A DNA stretch of 64,000 nucleotides from positions 46,603,988 to 46,667,987 of the forward strand of contig NC_068998.1 of assembly GCF_001194135.2 (NCBI RefSeq). The letters run 5' to 3'. Every line of letters begins with the position of its first letter. Position 1 is the first letter of the stretch. Source of the stretch: Octopus bimaculoides. Lineage: Eukaryota. A program made the translations under genes and the position numbers. Below the pieces are notes generated by a model that saw nothing but the letters and a program-made list of their open reading frames with translations, was not told the DNA's origin and made no database searches. Shown in pieces: positions 29,632 through 42,192 of the stretch.

Positions 29632-30407
29632 GTATGTAAATGTTTTGTATTTATGCATGTGCGTAAGTATGTATAAATGGATAGCTGGGATGTGCATGTA
29701 TGTATACATACACACACACACACACGCATAGATATGTGCATGCATGCGTGTGTGTATGCTTACATGGTTTGTATTCCACTATATGTAGGAAATCTATTAT
29801 AGTCACCAATACTAATTAAATTAGTCTAGAATTAAAAAAAAATTATAACTGCCTGCATATGCGTGTAGACATTTCTATTGTATTTATTTCTCATATAACC
29901 TGTAGTCTAACTCGTCAAAACATTTTCAACACACCTGGCTCTCACCTGTAATCTCAACTATCTTAGTACATAAAACATATAATGCACCTGCTTAAATCTC
30001 ACATGTAATCTCACCATAATACACCTGGCTAAATTTTATTTTTTTCAAAATTAGCAATACTGGTGTCTTCTATTTGACCTGCTAGAAATAGCAGCCATAT
30101 TTCCCTCAAATTGTTGTCTTAGACCCTATTGAAAATGAGAAGGAAACTTTGGTTCTGAGTTCAAATTCCACTGAGTTCGACTTTGCCTTTCATCCTTTTG
30201 AGGTTGATAAATTAAGTACCAGTTGCGTACTGGGGTCAGTCAAGCAGCATTGGGACCTACATAATCGACGCGCTCTCACCCACATAATTTCAGGCACATT
30301 TCATTTTTCCAGGGTCAATGAAATAAGTACCAGTTACACACTGGGATTGATGTAATTGACTAGTCCCCTCTCCCAAAATTTCAGGCCTTGTGCATTTAGT
30401 AGAAAGG

Positions 30408-30458
<51 letters not shown>

Positions 30459-31324
30459 GTATTTGCTTCATTTTTTTTTACCGTTATAATTGATTCCCGT
30501 GTAGCTTGCCCTTTTTGTGAGTTTAAAAGGTAGGGACAAACCTACCTAACTGTCTTCTCGAAGTACTCCCTGATTCTTTCTTCCCTTGATATTCAATCCA
30601 CTCCGCACCCCCACCAAACACCACCACTAACCTGTTCACAAACAGATGTACATTCGTTGGATGTCAATCATACTGTGTTCTGTATGGTGCTGTTTATCGC
30701 ATTACCATCTGTGGAATCTATTTAGGTATGTTACGCTCCACTCCACTAATACGGAACCATATGTTACGACTGGCACCACAAATGGATTAATTGCAATAGT
30801 GATGGTGATGATGATGATGGTGATGATGATGATGGTGATGATGATGATGGTGATGATGATGATGATGATGGTGATGATAGTAATTGTTTTAAATTTTAGT
30901 ACATGCCAGCAGTTTTGAAGGGAGGAAGCAAGTCGACTACATCTCCAATGTACTTCGCTGATATTTTATTTTATCGACCCCCGAAAGGGTGAAAAGCAAA
31001 GTTGACCTAAATTTGGATTTGGGTTTAGAATGTAAAGAGCTGGAATAAATTCCTACCAAAGGATTTTTGCTGGTGCCCTAAGAATGCTGACATCTCACCT
31101 GCTTAATAATAATAGTAATAATAATGGGATCAATGCCACCCAATCAAGTTCAATGCCACACATTATATATATATATGTATATATACGATGAGCTTCTTTC
31201 AGTTTCTGTCTGCCAAATCCACTCACAAAGCTTTGGTCAGCCCGAGGCTATAGTAGATGTTTGCCCAAGGTGCCATGCAGTGGGATTGAACCTAGGACTC
31301 TGTGGTTGGGAAGCAAGCTTCTTA

Positions 31325-31556
31325 TTTCTTTACTGCCCACAAGGGGCTACACACAGAGGGGACAAACAAGGACAGACAAATAGATTAAGTTGAATATATT
31401 GACCCCAGTGCGTAACTGGTACTTATTTAATCGACCCCGAAAGGATGAAAGGCAACGTCGACCTCGGCAGAATTTGAACTCAGAACGTAACGGCAGACGA
31501 AATACCGCTAAGCATTTCGCCCAGAGTGCTAACGTTTCTGCCAGCTCGCTGCCTCA
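31325..31556 (-). mobile_element. SINE family B variant inserted into a family A SINE with a 23-bp target duplication
   Basis: gtggttgggaagcaagcttctta at 31302-31324 and 31557-31579 flanks the insert. Confidence 0.8.
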
Positions 31557-31800
31557 GTGGTTGGGAAGCAAGCTTCTTACCACACAGCCACGCCTTGCAA
31601 CTCCTAGTATGTTTGGATTACTATTTATCACATGATAAAGAGGGTGGTTTTCATTGGACAGCCTGCAGGACCAAAAAACAAAACTTGACAAAGGATGGAT
31701 GAACTCAGTAAAGAGTTATCCACCATCCAAAAACCAGGAGTGAGAAGTTTCCGACCCCTAGTTTTCATTAGAAGGGCTCCTAGTTGTCATTAGAACTTTC

Positions 31801-32461
31801 GGATCTATTTTAAAACGGGGGCACCAGTATTTTCTTAACGAAACACTAACGAAACACTTTGAAACTTGGGACACTGGTAGAATGTGTCATATAAAACATC
31901 TTTTACTCTTAGTCTTCTTAACAAAAAAAAGGAATTCGCAAGTTATTCCATGTTAAAGTTGTCGTATTTCTGTAATTTCAACCAATCACTGACGTCTATT
32001 CAGCTGAATAGAGTTACTGCTGGGCGGTCATAAAAATGTTATTCCGTGTGACATATTTCATCCGGTTTAATCGTAATTTATACGCATATATTGTTTATAT
32101 AATAAATTACGCTGTGCGTATCTATGTGTGTAACAATTTTAGAGTTCGGATTCTAGAGTTAGGGTTAGTGTTAGGGTTAGGGTTATGGTTACGGTTAACA
32201 GTCTAGTTAGGGTTAGGGTTAGGGGATTAATACGATATACACTGTTACAGCGCTAACTGTTTTCAACTGAATAGACGTCAGTGATTAGTAGAAATTATCG
32301 AAATAAGATGATTTTTTACATGAAATAAATTCGAATACAAAAATATTTTTCTGTTCTATAACACAAAATAGATAAGTATACGAAGTTTGAAATTCTTTCC
32401 GTACCAAAAACACTACGTAAAACATAAATGAAAACTGGCGCCCCCGTTTTGAACTAGATCC
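31801..32461. mobile_element. Non-autonomous DNA transposon (MITE), 28-bp TIRs starting GG, 8-bp TSD, internal TTAGGG repeats
   Basis: TSD gaactttc at 31793-31800 and 32462-32469. TIRs ggatctattttaaaacgggggcaccagt / actggcgcccccgttttgaactagatcc (3 mismatches). Second internal inverted repeat aatcactgacgtctattcag (~31985) / ctgaatagacgtcagtgatt (~32267-32286). Confidence 0.85.
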
Positions 32462-32614
32462 GAACTTTCTTCTCGGAGAAAGCAAACACCTGAAGTGCAG
32501 TTAGTTTCTGGTTCTCAACCTCTGTTGTGCCACTGTTTATCTTTAACTGATTCTGCTGGAAATTGGTTTTGGTGCTGTGCAATATTATATCCGCTCAAAA
32601 ATTCACACACATAG

Positions 32615-32990
32615 GTGGAGGCATGGCTGTGTGGTAAGAAGCTTGCTTCCCAACCACATGGCTCTGGGTTCAGTTCCACTGTGTGGCATCTTGGACAAGT
32701 ATCTTCTACTATAGCCTTGGGCTGACCAAAACCATGTGAGTGGATTTGGTAGACAGAAACTGAAAGAAGATTGTTGTATATGTGTGTGTGTGTTTGTGTG
32801 TGTCTGCCTCCCTCCACCATCACTTGACAACTGATGTTGGTGTGTTTACATCCCCATAACTTACCAGTTCGGCAAGAGACCAATAGACTAAGTACTAGAC
32901 CAATAGACTAAGTACTAGGCTTACAGAGAATAAGTCTTGGGGTCGATTCTCCAGAAAAGCTGTAGTTTAATGACTGAAATAAGTAACTGA
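32615..32990 (+). mobile_element. SINE family A copy about 230 bp upstream of the WHD exon
   Basis: gcatggctgtgtggtaagaagcttgcttcccaaccacatgg...; small internal tandem duplication of ccaatagactaagtactag. Confidence 0.8.
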
Positions 32991-33219
32991 GTAACAGAAT
33001 AATACTGGAACTTCTTGGACTTGAGTTAAGAAATTGTCCTACCTGGTCAGGAGTTGACTAATACCATGAGTATGTGTGTGTCTGTGTGTATTTGTATGTA
33101 TATATATATACATATGTACAGGTAGGTTATAAAACGATGCCATTCCAGTTTGTCTGACTAATTTTTTCCCTCTTCTTTTGACGATTTTATTAATTTCTTT
33201 TTCTCTTTTATTCCAACAG

Positions 33220-33485
33220 CATCCATTGACTTGAAGAAATTCCACAAGGACTCGCCACCATTCGATGCAAAACATGGCTACGAATGCAACCTGTTCACTG
33301 TTGAAAGCCGTCCCTGTTCTGTTAAGGATCTGTATTCTACAGCAGACATCTCTCCGTCTGAAGGACTTAGTGCATTGGATGGTATTCGTAAGGATGGCTG
33401 GAGTGGGTCGACGATGTTTAAACTCTGGCCAGTTGCTAATAAAGACATCAGTATTTCAACTCCAGATTTCAACTCATCCAGAAAG
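33220..33485 (+). CDS. NHSL1: NHS-family (NHS/NHSL1/GUK-holder) gene, internal exon encoding the C-terminal half of the WAVE-homology domain
   Basis: Polypyrimidine tract and acceptor ttccaacag| (AG 33218-33219), donor AAG|gtaaca at 33486; phase 1 in, phase 0 out. Translation SIDLKKFHKDSPPFDAKHGYECNLFTVESRPCSVKDLYSTADISPSEGLSALDGIRKDGWSGSTMFKLWP resembles the recalled NHS/NHSL1 WHD (NVFLPTTRPPCVEDLH...CDKLRHDGYRSSQYY). Symbol denotes the family; exact orthology not established. Confidence 0.85.
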
Positions 33486-33500
33486 GTAACATCTAAGCCC

Positions 33501-33531
<31 letters not shown>

Positions 33532-34456
33532 GTTGAGTGAGAGACCAGTGCATGCCATCAAAGTGACACTAGGGTAAAATATACGAAGCTTAATATACCC
33601 ACCATGACTATCCCAGACACATGCATCACAACCAAATGTGCGGGACATGGTGATCTCATTTCAAGATAAAGAGCGCATTAATTTGTGGGTCGGGCCTAGT
33701 TGGAATTTTTTTCAGGTTGAGTTGCCCATCCCACTCAAAAAGTCCCTGAATAAGGGTTGTTTAAGGATGTTGAACGAAACACCCATGTTTCCAAAGGTGA
33801 ATTATTCAAACCCCAAAGAATTCCTCTCAACGCATGGCTATGATGCTCCCCCACTACTTCTGCTTGTGGTCAGAGATGCACATATCATCAGCTGCTAAGG
33901 GACATACTCAACTGGTGAAGGTCAAGCAACTGACAAGCAATGGCTGTAGCCCATCTTTTTATACTAGGGCAAAATACGTACATGATATTGATGGCGATAT
34001 TCACCCATTGCTTCGTTCTGAGTTGAAACTCTACTGAAGTCAACTATGCCTCTCGTCCTTTTGGGGTCGATAAAATAAATACCAGTGAAACACTGCGGTC
34101 GATATAATCCACTAGTCTCCTCCCCACCAAATTTCAGGCCTTGTGCCTTTAGTAGAAAGGATTATTATTATTATTATTATTATTATTATTTGGAGAGACA
34201 ATTCCGGGTTTACCAACAGTTATTTCTGTTGCTGGACTGAAGATCCTGTGAAAGATTCTGTGAAAATTTGTCCCTCTTGTGTTTTTACTTGTATTTGTCC
34301 ATATATACATATATGTATATGTCTTTATGTGTGTATATATATGTGTGTGTGTGTGTGTGTATACACACACACACACTGAGATACACGTGTGTGTGTGTGT
34401 GTGTGTGTATTTGCATATTTGCTATACATGTCATTTATACTGGGTTATATTTTCAG

Positions 34457-34516
34457 TGGTATTCTTACGAGAATGTCAGGTGTGTCCGTAAATGGCGACC
34501 GCCTCTACCAATTCAG
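34457..34516 (+). CDS. NHSL1: NHS-family gene, 60-nt symmetric (phase 0-0) exon WYSYENVRCVRKWRPPLPIQ
   Basis: tattttcag| acceptor (AG 34455-34456) and CAG|gttagt donor at 34517. Exactly 20 codons, no stop, CpG-containing unique sequence among microsatellites. Phases match the flanking exons (donor 33485 phase 0, acceptor 44895 phase 0). Confidence 0.65.
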
Positions 34517-34869
34517 GTTAGTTTGACTGCAACCTCCCCCCCCCCCCCCCCCTCCCCACGTGTACATACACACAGCATGTAACCCTTGCCGCTTATCTGT
34601 TGTAGAAATGTTGTGTCCCCTCATTTAGATTCAAAAATATTAATTCCCTTACAAATTCATGTCGCAGATACAACTCTTTAAGCTTTGGCTGTGTACCGGA
34701 TCTTGTTGTGGTTTTGTTGTGTTACCTGTATCAAACATACTCCAAGTAATATGTTTGCAGTGCCTTGTAGTGCTGTTCTGTATGTGTGTGTATATAAGCC
34801 CCTGGGGTCGTGGCTGTGTATTTGTCTGCATGTTTTTTAATCATTTCGAAAGACCCCTGTTTCTCATCT

Positions 34870-35100
34870 TGTATCTTTTTATCTTTGACTCGTTTCAGTC
34901 ATTAGACTGTGGCCATGCTGGGGCACCGCCTTAAAAGGTTTAGTCAAACAAAATCGACCGCCAGTACTTATTTTTTAAGCCTCACACTTATTCTATCAGC
35001 CTCTTCTTCTGAAACTGCTAAGTTATGAGGATGTAAGCAAACCATCAACAGTCGTCAAGTACTAATGGGGGACAAACTCAAATACAAAGATGCATGCACG
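34870..35100 (-). mobile_element. SINE family A 3' half
   Basis: gtttcagtcattagactgtggccatgctggggcaccgcc... Further minus copies at about 37035-37205, 43420-43535, 46680-47060 and 49430-49925. Confidence 0.8.
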
Positions 35101-35103
35101 TGT

Positions 35104-35138
<35 letters not shown>

Positions 35139-35590
35139 GCAGGCACAATGTGGTTAATTCATTTTTTTCCTCCTCCTCTACACATTCTGTAGTCACTGCA
35201 TTTTTCATCTATGATATTACTCTGCTTGTGCCTGCAGTCTTCTTATTTTGTCTGTGTGTTACACCAGGGGAGGTAATAACTCGAATGGAGAAAAATATAT
35301 AAAGTGAAAGTGGGGAGTCAAAGAGAGAAACAGAGATAATAGGATCAGTGAAAAAAAGAAATTGAAAGAGAATACACATGAGACGAAGAAGGTCTACATT
35401 ACTCTGCATTTGTGAGTTCAAATCGCAGGCTCAGTTGAGATGTTTAACACAAAAGATACATCAATAGATAGTTAAAATAATGTAAAATAACCTTAGTTAG
35501 CAAATAGTTGTGGATGTTACACTTTTATCTTAAAATGGTAGGATTTCAAAAGAATTTTTCGAAATTCCTTGTTTGTGTTTAATATATTAA

Positions 35591-35883
35591 CCCATTACCT
35601 CCCATAATTCTATTAACTGGAATTTTTTTTTTATGAAACTTTGATTTCTAGCATAAAACAGCCTTAGAAACATGCTGGAATGATCAAAATAACATTTCAA
35701 AATAACATTTTAAATAGAAATAAGCGAGATATTGGGTGAAAAATTAGCAAACCTCATTTGAATATCAGAGAAATATACCTAGTAGATATAGCAAAAAGGT
35801 TAGATATGTGTAAATACTGACAGATAATTACGAAATTTGTAATTTTTAAGTAATCTCATATGAGATCACTGGTAGGTAACGGG
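35591..35883. mobile_element. piggyBac-like MITE (293 bp)
   Basis: TTAA at 35587-35590 and 35884-35887. Termini CCC...GGG; 13-bp TIR cccattacctccc / ggtaggtaacggg (2 mismatches). Confidence 0.7.
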
Positions 35884-36389
35884 TTAACATAATGTGTTCA
35901 AATTTGCTGACTTACACTGGAATTTCCGTAGGTCCTGCTAGTTCATTATTAACTTTTGGTGGTTCCTAGTGGTTGGGTAGAGGCTTTGATTTTGTGCAGC
36001 AATGAAGAATTCAAGGCTTTACTGACAGCATCTAGTTTACTGAGTGGTTACCCACCTAACTACTAACTTGGCTTGACATTGCTTATCTTCAGTGACCGGA
36101 CAAGAACCGATGCCTTCAATGTGATTCCCAGTTTTCTTTTATTGCTGTTGTTTTTGCTGTTGTCAAATGAGCCATTGTTTTTTTGTCATAATTCTGTGTG
36201 GTACTTTGTACTTTGTCACTCTAATCTCTCTTTTCATCTGTCATCTATATAACAAAATATATTATCGCTATTATTATTTTCCTTCTTTCCATTTTGTTTT
36301 CATTTCTTGCTGAATGTCTTCCTGACACCTAGGGCAAAGAAACTCACTATATACATTGATAGGCCATTAAAATAAATACTATTATTATT

Positions 36390-36830
36390 ATTACCAGTTA
36401 AGACAATCTTTTGCACTTCCTGCATGGATGGTAAGCGCCAGGCTTCATTCTCAAATAATTTTCAGTTACCGTTTTGATAATTCCAAGTGCTCCTACAATC
36501 ACTGGTATTATAAATCCATCTTGAGATGTCAAATCTTTTCAATTTCGATTAGTAAATCGTTATATTTTCTGAGCTTATCAAATTCTTTTGCCGAGATATC
36601 ATGGTCACAAGGTATGCTCATGCTAATCAATAAACAAACTTTATTGTATGGGTCTTCCACAACAATATCCTGTTTATTTGCTATGATGGTCCTGTATGTA
36701 CATACCTGTAAGTCCCAAAGAATAGTTACATTTTCTCCCTCAGTTGCAGCCTCAGGGTGGTGCTTGTACCATTTGTTAGCAGTTTTGATTTTTATAACAC
36801 CGCCACATTATCCAATGTAGATATTAGCCA
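36390..36830 (-). mobile_element. R4/Dong-like non-LTR retrotransposon fragment (restriction-like endonuclease C-terminus)
   Basis: Minus strand reads EGENVTILWDLQVCTYRTIIANKQDIVVEDPYNKVCLLISMSIPCDHDISAKEFDKLRKYNDLLIEIEKI...IPVIVGALGIIK, a decayed form of the ILWD...RPDIVV...PVVIGALG pattern. Confidence 0.75.
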
Positions 36831-36996
36831 ACTCTGTCTTGTCTTGATTTGTATTCTACAGGTGCTAAAATTTTACACTCAGAGGCTATGTGGTCCACTG
36901 CTTTATTATTATTTAGGAAGTGAAGTGAGCTGGCAGAATCATTAGCATGCTGGACAAATTTTTAGTGGCATTTCACCCATCACTACATTCTGAGTT

Positions 36997-37047
<51 letters not shown>

Positions 37048-39221
37048 CACGACAGGCTTCTTTCAGTTTCTGTCTACCAAATCCACCCACAAGGCTTTGG
37101 TCGGCCCGAGGCTATAGTAGAAGACATTTGCCCAAGGTGCCACACTGTGGGACTGAACCTGGAACCATGTGGTTCGTAAGCAAGCTACTTATCACACAGC
37201 CACCCTTATGTCATATAAGGAAAATGTACTTTTATGTACTTTTATTTGACATGAGTTGAAATATAGGAAAAAGAAGTTGAAAATGCACTTGGAGTCATTT
37301 AGATGGTTTATTTTCTAAAAGCTTAACCAGTTTCACAGACTTTTCTGATTTTCAAAAGTTAAGTGAGATAGGAAGACATAAGACATGAGCTTTGCCACGA
37401 CAGTTTCAGCATAAAACTCTCCATCTGAAAGACTCCTAGTGCATCTTAAACTTTTTGTTATATGTGTGCCCGTGTGTTACTTTTTTGTTATGTGTGTATG
37501 AGTGTATGAGTGTGTGTTTTTGTGTGTGTGCGTGTGTTTTTGTCTTGTTATTGTGTGCTAATTGTAAACAATAGTACCCTCATACAAACAGTGTTGTTTG
37601 TTATATTCTATGCAAAAAAAAAAAAAAAAAAAGGGGTCCAGAATTGGGGAAAATATTATCACCAGGTTTGGAAATAGGTAGGGGGTTGGTGACAGGATGA
37701 GTATCTGGAAACAGAAACTCTGCCTCAATGAATTTTTGTCTGACGCACATACAAACAAACATGGAAGAATAAATGTTAAAATGATGACGATGATTATGGA
37801 AAGAAATGTTGTTGTTGTTGTTGTTGCTGTTATCATTGTCGTCATCAATGTATAAATATATTTCTGTGTAGGTGTTGAACGAAAGCTAAATAAAATCTTT
37901 TTGTTTTGTTTTATTTCTATTTTCTGGGGTTTTTTTTTTTATCGTTTGTAATGTTTCTTCTTCACTGCCCTGGTAAACAAGAAACCAACGTCACCACTAC
38001 CATTACTCCCAGCACCACTAGTACCACCACCACCACTAGTGCCACCACCACTACCACCACTATTGTTGTGGTCATCATCATCATCATCATATTCATCGCC
38101 CTCACCCACGTACCACCATCAATGCCACTGTGGCTGCCCCCCCCCAACACCACCACCACTTCCACCATCACATTGCAGTCACAAACATCACTACCATCAC
38201 CACAACCNNNNNNNNNNNNNNNNNNNNNNNNNNNNNNNNNNNNNNNNNNNNNNNNNNNNNNNNNNNNNNNNNNNNNNNNNNNNNNNNNNNNNNNNNNNNN
38301 NNNNNNNNNNNNNNNNNNNNNNNNNNNNNNNNNNNNNNNNNNNNNNNNNNNNNNNNNNNNNNNNNNNNNNNNNNNNNNNNNNNNNNNNNNNNNNNNNNNN
38401 ACCACCACAACCACCACCACCACCACAACCACCACCACCACAACCATCACCACCACCACATCCATAACGTTGCAATCTCCATCATCACTGCCACAGTCAC
38501 CACAATCACTACCACCACCACCATCACCACAACCTACAGTACCATCACCACCATCACCTATACCACAACCTCCATCACCATTACTATCACCATCACCACT
38601 GCTATCATCATTACCACTACCACTTTCAACTCCACCACCACAATGCCACTACCACCACCAATGCTACCACCATCACCATCACTGCCTTCACCATAACCTC
38701 CATCACCCTACCCACAAATACCACCATCCCTATAAACACTATCGCTACATCAATTGTGACCATCACCGCAAACATCACCACCACCACCACCACCACCGAC
38801 ACCACTGTAACCAATAAATTGTGGTGTAGGTGTTTGTCTGAGAATAGTCTGTGATATTTTCACAGGATTCCTTTTGAACATTTCTCCACAGCAAAGCGTT
38901 GAGGACTTTTTCTTAAAATACCCTCAACTTCTAAGAAAATCTAATTTCCTGAATCACAGCAACACTTTTTTTTTGTTTTTGTTTTTGTTGTTGATTGGTG
39001 TTTTTTTAAATTTTTTTATCTAAGCTTTTTGTTTTATTTCTTCATATTTCCAGATACTATTGTATTTCATAGCTATTAGTGGCCAATAAAGGAATGGATT
39101 ATTATTATTATTATTTTATTATCATCATCATCATCATCATCACAAAAAATACAATAAATAAAGCAATCCTCATTATTTTCTATTATTCAGCTGTGTGTAT
39201 AGTTTAGCTGCATACATAGAT

Positions 39222-39274
<53 letters not shown>

Positions 39275-39518
39275 TATGTATACATACATACATTATATAT
39301 ATATAATGTATATACACGCACACACACACACACACACATATATATATTTGTAAAAATATGTGTATATACACACACACACATATATATGTATATATACATA
39401 CATTTATATAATTATGCACATATGTGTGTGTGTATGCTTTGCATCCATGTGCACATACATTTGTACATGCTTTTACTCTCACCCACATTAAAAATATATA
39501 TACTTTTACGCACATACA

Positions 39519-39549
<31 letters not shown>

Positions 39550-40301
39550 TCGCACGCACACTCACACTCACACAAACGTCTTTATAATCCTGAAATTCAA
39601 AGTCTGTTTATTTGTGTCTTCCATGATTTTAATGAAGGCAGTACTAAGTAATGATAAACCATTTTGACCAATGTATTCTCCAACCCCCTCTGTCCTTTTG
39701 GCTAAAATAAGTTCAAGTTATATTTCTAGGCCCTGGAATCCTTAAGACCAAACCATTTTGTGTTTTTATTCATATCCACTTAGAAAAGTAAATTTCAGCC
39801 AGTATCAAAATCTATGCAGTTGATGAATGATATTACATCCACTCAATTACAGGCATAGACATATATCAGTAGAGAGACAAAAGCAATGTGAAAATGAAGT
39901 GTTTTGATCAACAGGACAATACACTACCCAGTCCAGAAATTGAAACCATGATCTTACAATCGTGGATGCAACACTAAAACCACTATCCTACATGCCTATA
40001 CTAGAACACTATACTCATCCAAAATTCCCATTCTGCATCACAATCTGGCAATGCTATTATTGACCTGCCCATTCATGCATTTCCTCTTTCAAGCTCTTCT
40101 GTTTAATTTGTTGTCTTGGTGTGTGGTACCCTGTATGGTACCATGTGTATTCTGCATGTACGTTTGATTATTGCTGCTGTCTTTTTCCAATTATCTTACT
40201 GCTGTTTTCTGCCTCCACTTTTACTCTTTCCTGATATGAGCAATGAATATCATAAATCATAAATTTATCATTATATGTGTGTGTGCGTGTGTGCATGTGT
40301 A

Positions 40302-40344
<43 letters not shown>

Positions 40345-40919
40345 NNNNNNNNNNNNNNNNNNNNNNNNNNNNNNNNNNNNNNNNNNNNNNNNNNNNNNNN
40401 NNNNNNNNNNNNNNNNNNNNNNNNNNNNNNNNNNNNNNNNNNNNNNNNNNNNNNNNNNNNNNNNNNNNNNNNNNNNNNNNNNNNNNNNNNNNNNNNNNNN
40501 NNNNNNCACAAATTCAATATTTTAAAAAATACATTCTATGAACCAAGTATGTGCCATTTCATGACTCTTTGGTGAACATACATACATATCACACACACAC
40601 ACACACACACACACACATCTCATTTTAATCTGTAATGGCATTTTGATTTCCACTTTTCAATTTTTCTCCTGATGAGATGGGTAACCCATCACATTTAAAC
40701 GAATTTATTATGCATCCTTAATTGCATAATCATATAAATATTGCTGGGTTTATTTCATTGAAACAATTCTCAAAACCAAATTATAAAAATATGTAAAATT
40801 TATGGTTTTATATGGTTCAATATTCTAAATTGTGTATATATTTATGTATGTGTATATGTATGCATATGTACATCTATCTGTGTGTATGTACATGTGTAGC
40901 ATGTGTGCTTATGTATGTA

Positions 40920-42192
40920 TTGGGTCTTCCCATAAATAATGCGGATTTTTTATACTTCTTTTATTTTTCAGAATTAAGATAAAGTTCTTTTTTAATCTAA
41001 AATATACACTCCTTCATTTTCTATAATGCTCTCCCATCTATCTGGTAGACTTGCAAGGCCCCTCTTCCAAAATTCACTTGTCAGTGATGAAAAATACTCC
41101 TCCAGTTATGATCTGACCTCGTCTACAGGACTCATATTTTTTCCATCCAAATGATTTTGAAGACTGCAGGATAGATGATAATCAGGTGGGGCAATGTCCG
41201 GCGAATATGGTGGGTGGGGTATCGTTTCCCGTTCAAACTGCTCCAGCCTTTGGAATGTCATCCTTGCTGTATGTGGCTGAGCATTATCCTGATGGACGAA
41301 TACCTTTCGTCTTGAAACCAAGGATGGTCGTTTTTCTTCTAGCGCTGACTTAAGCCGCTCAAGCTGCTCACAGTAGAACTCCATTATCAGTTGGTTTGGG
41401 TTTAAAAGTTCAAAGTGGACTAAACCTTTCATATCCCACCAAACAGATAACAACACCTTACGTGGATGAAGACCTTCTTTATCTGGGGTGCCACTGTTTC
41501 TCCTTCCCCTACTCACTATCTTAGGCATTTGATATTTTTACAGAGAACCCATTTCTCATCACCAGTCACTGTTTGGTCCAAAAAAAGGTCCATTCATGAG
41601 ATGTGACAGCAAAGAAGAGCACACATTCACTCTCTGCACGTGATTAGACTTTGAAAGTTTGTGAAGAACCCATTGACACAATATACTGACTTTTCTGATG
41701 GCATGCAGGTGTCGATAAATAATTGAATGGCCAAATCCAATTTTCTCTGCTAGTTCCTCAACAGTTACAATGGGATTTTGTTCCTCTGTGGTTTGCAGGA
41801 TGTCTTTGTTGAGCTCTACGGATCTTCCAGGATAAGGCTCACCTTTTAGGCTGTAGTTTCCGGCTCTGAATTTCTGTAAACCACCGTTGACACTGGCTTA
41901 CGTTTATTGTCCAATCCCCATATACTGCATTAATATTCCTTGCACTTTCTCTTGTGTCGTTGTCTAAGGCAAAATATGCTGAATATGCTCCTTTGTCACT
42001 TCCATTATAGCTTTGTAAAAATAATTGTTAAAATCGAACTGCACTCTTCAAAACTTGTACTAAGAATAAGGACAAGGTAAAATTACTACCTGCTTTTATA
42101 GCAAGTTGACACAGGTAGTTCATCCTGTCCCCTGCCAACTTTTAGTTTATGCAATTGAAAAAAAAAACGCATTATTTAAGGAGATGGCCCAA
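40920..42192 (-). mobile_element. Full-length (1273 bp) degenerate mariner transposon
   Basis: TA at 40918-40919 and 42193-42194. Imperfect TIRs ttgggtcttcccataaataatgcg / cgcattatttaaggagatggcccaa. ORF 41106-41528(-) has KVLLSVWWD, HQDNAQPH and HPPYSPDIAPPDYHL with D,D34D spacing; the N-terminal part is disrupted. Confidence 0.92.

Noticed and set aside
32160-32225. TTAGGG repeats as a chromosome end or fusion site
   Set aside because: Short, degenerate and enclosed in a TIR/TSD-bounded element.
35378-35417. ATG-initiated MRRRRSTLLCI followed by T|gtgagt
   Set aside because: The phase-1 donor does not fit the next exon (phase 0); too short to distinguish from chance.
2120-39667. Poly-His/Thr/Val/Tyr-Ile/Cys-Val ORFs
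   Set aside because: Translations of di- and trinucleotide microsatellites; no splice or homology support.
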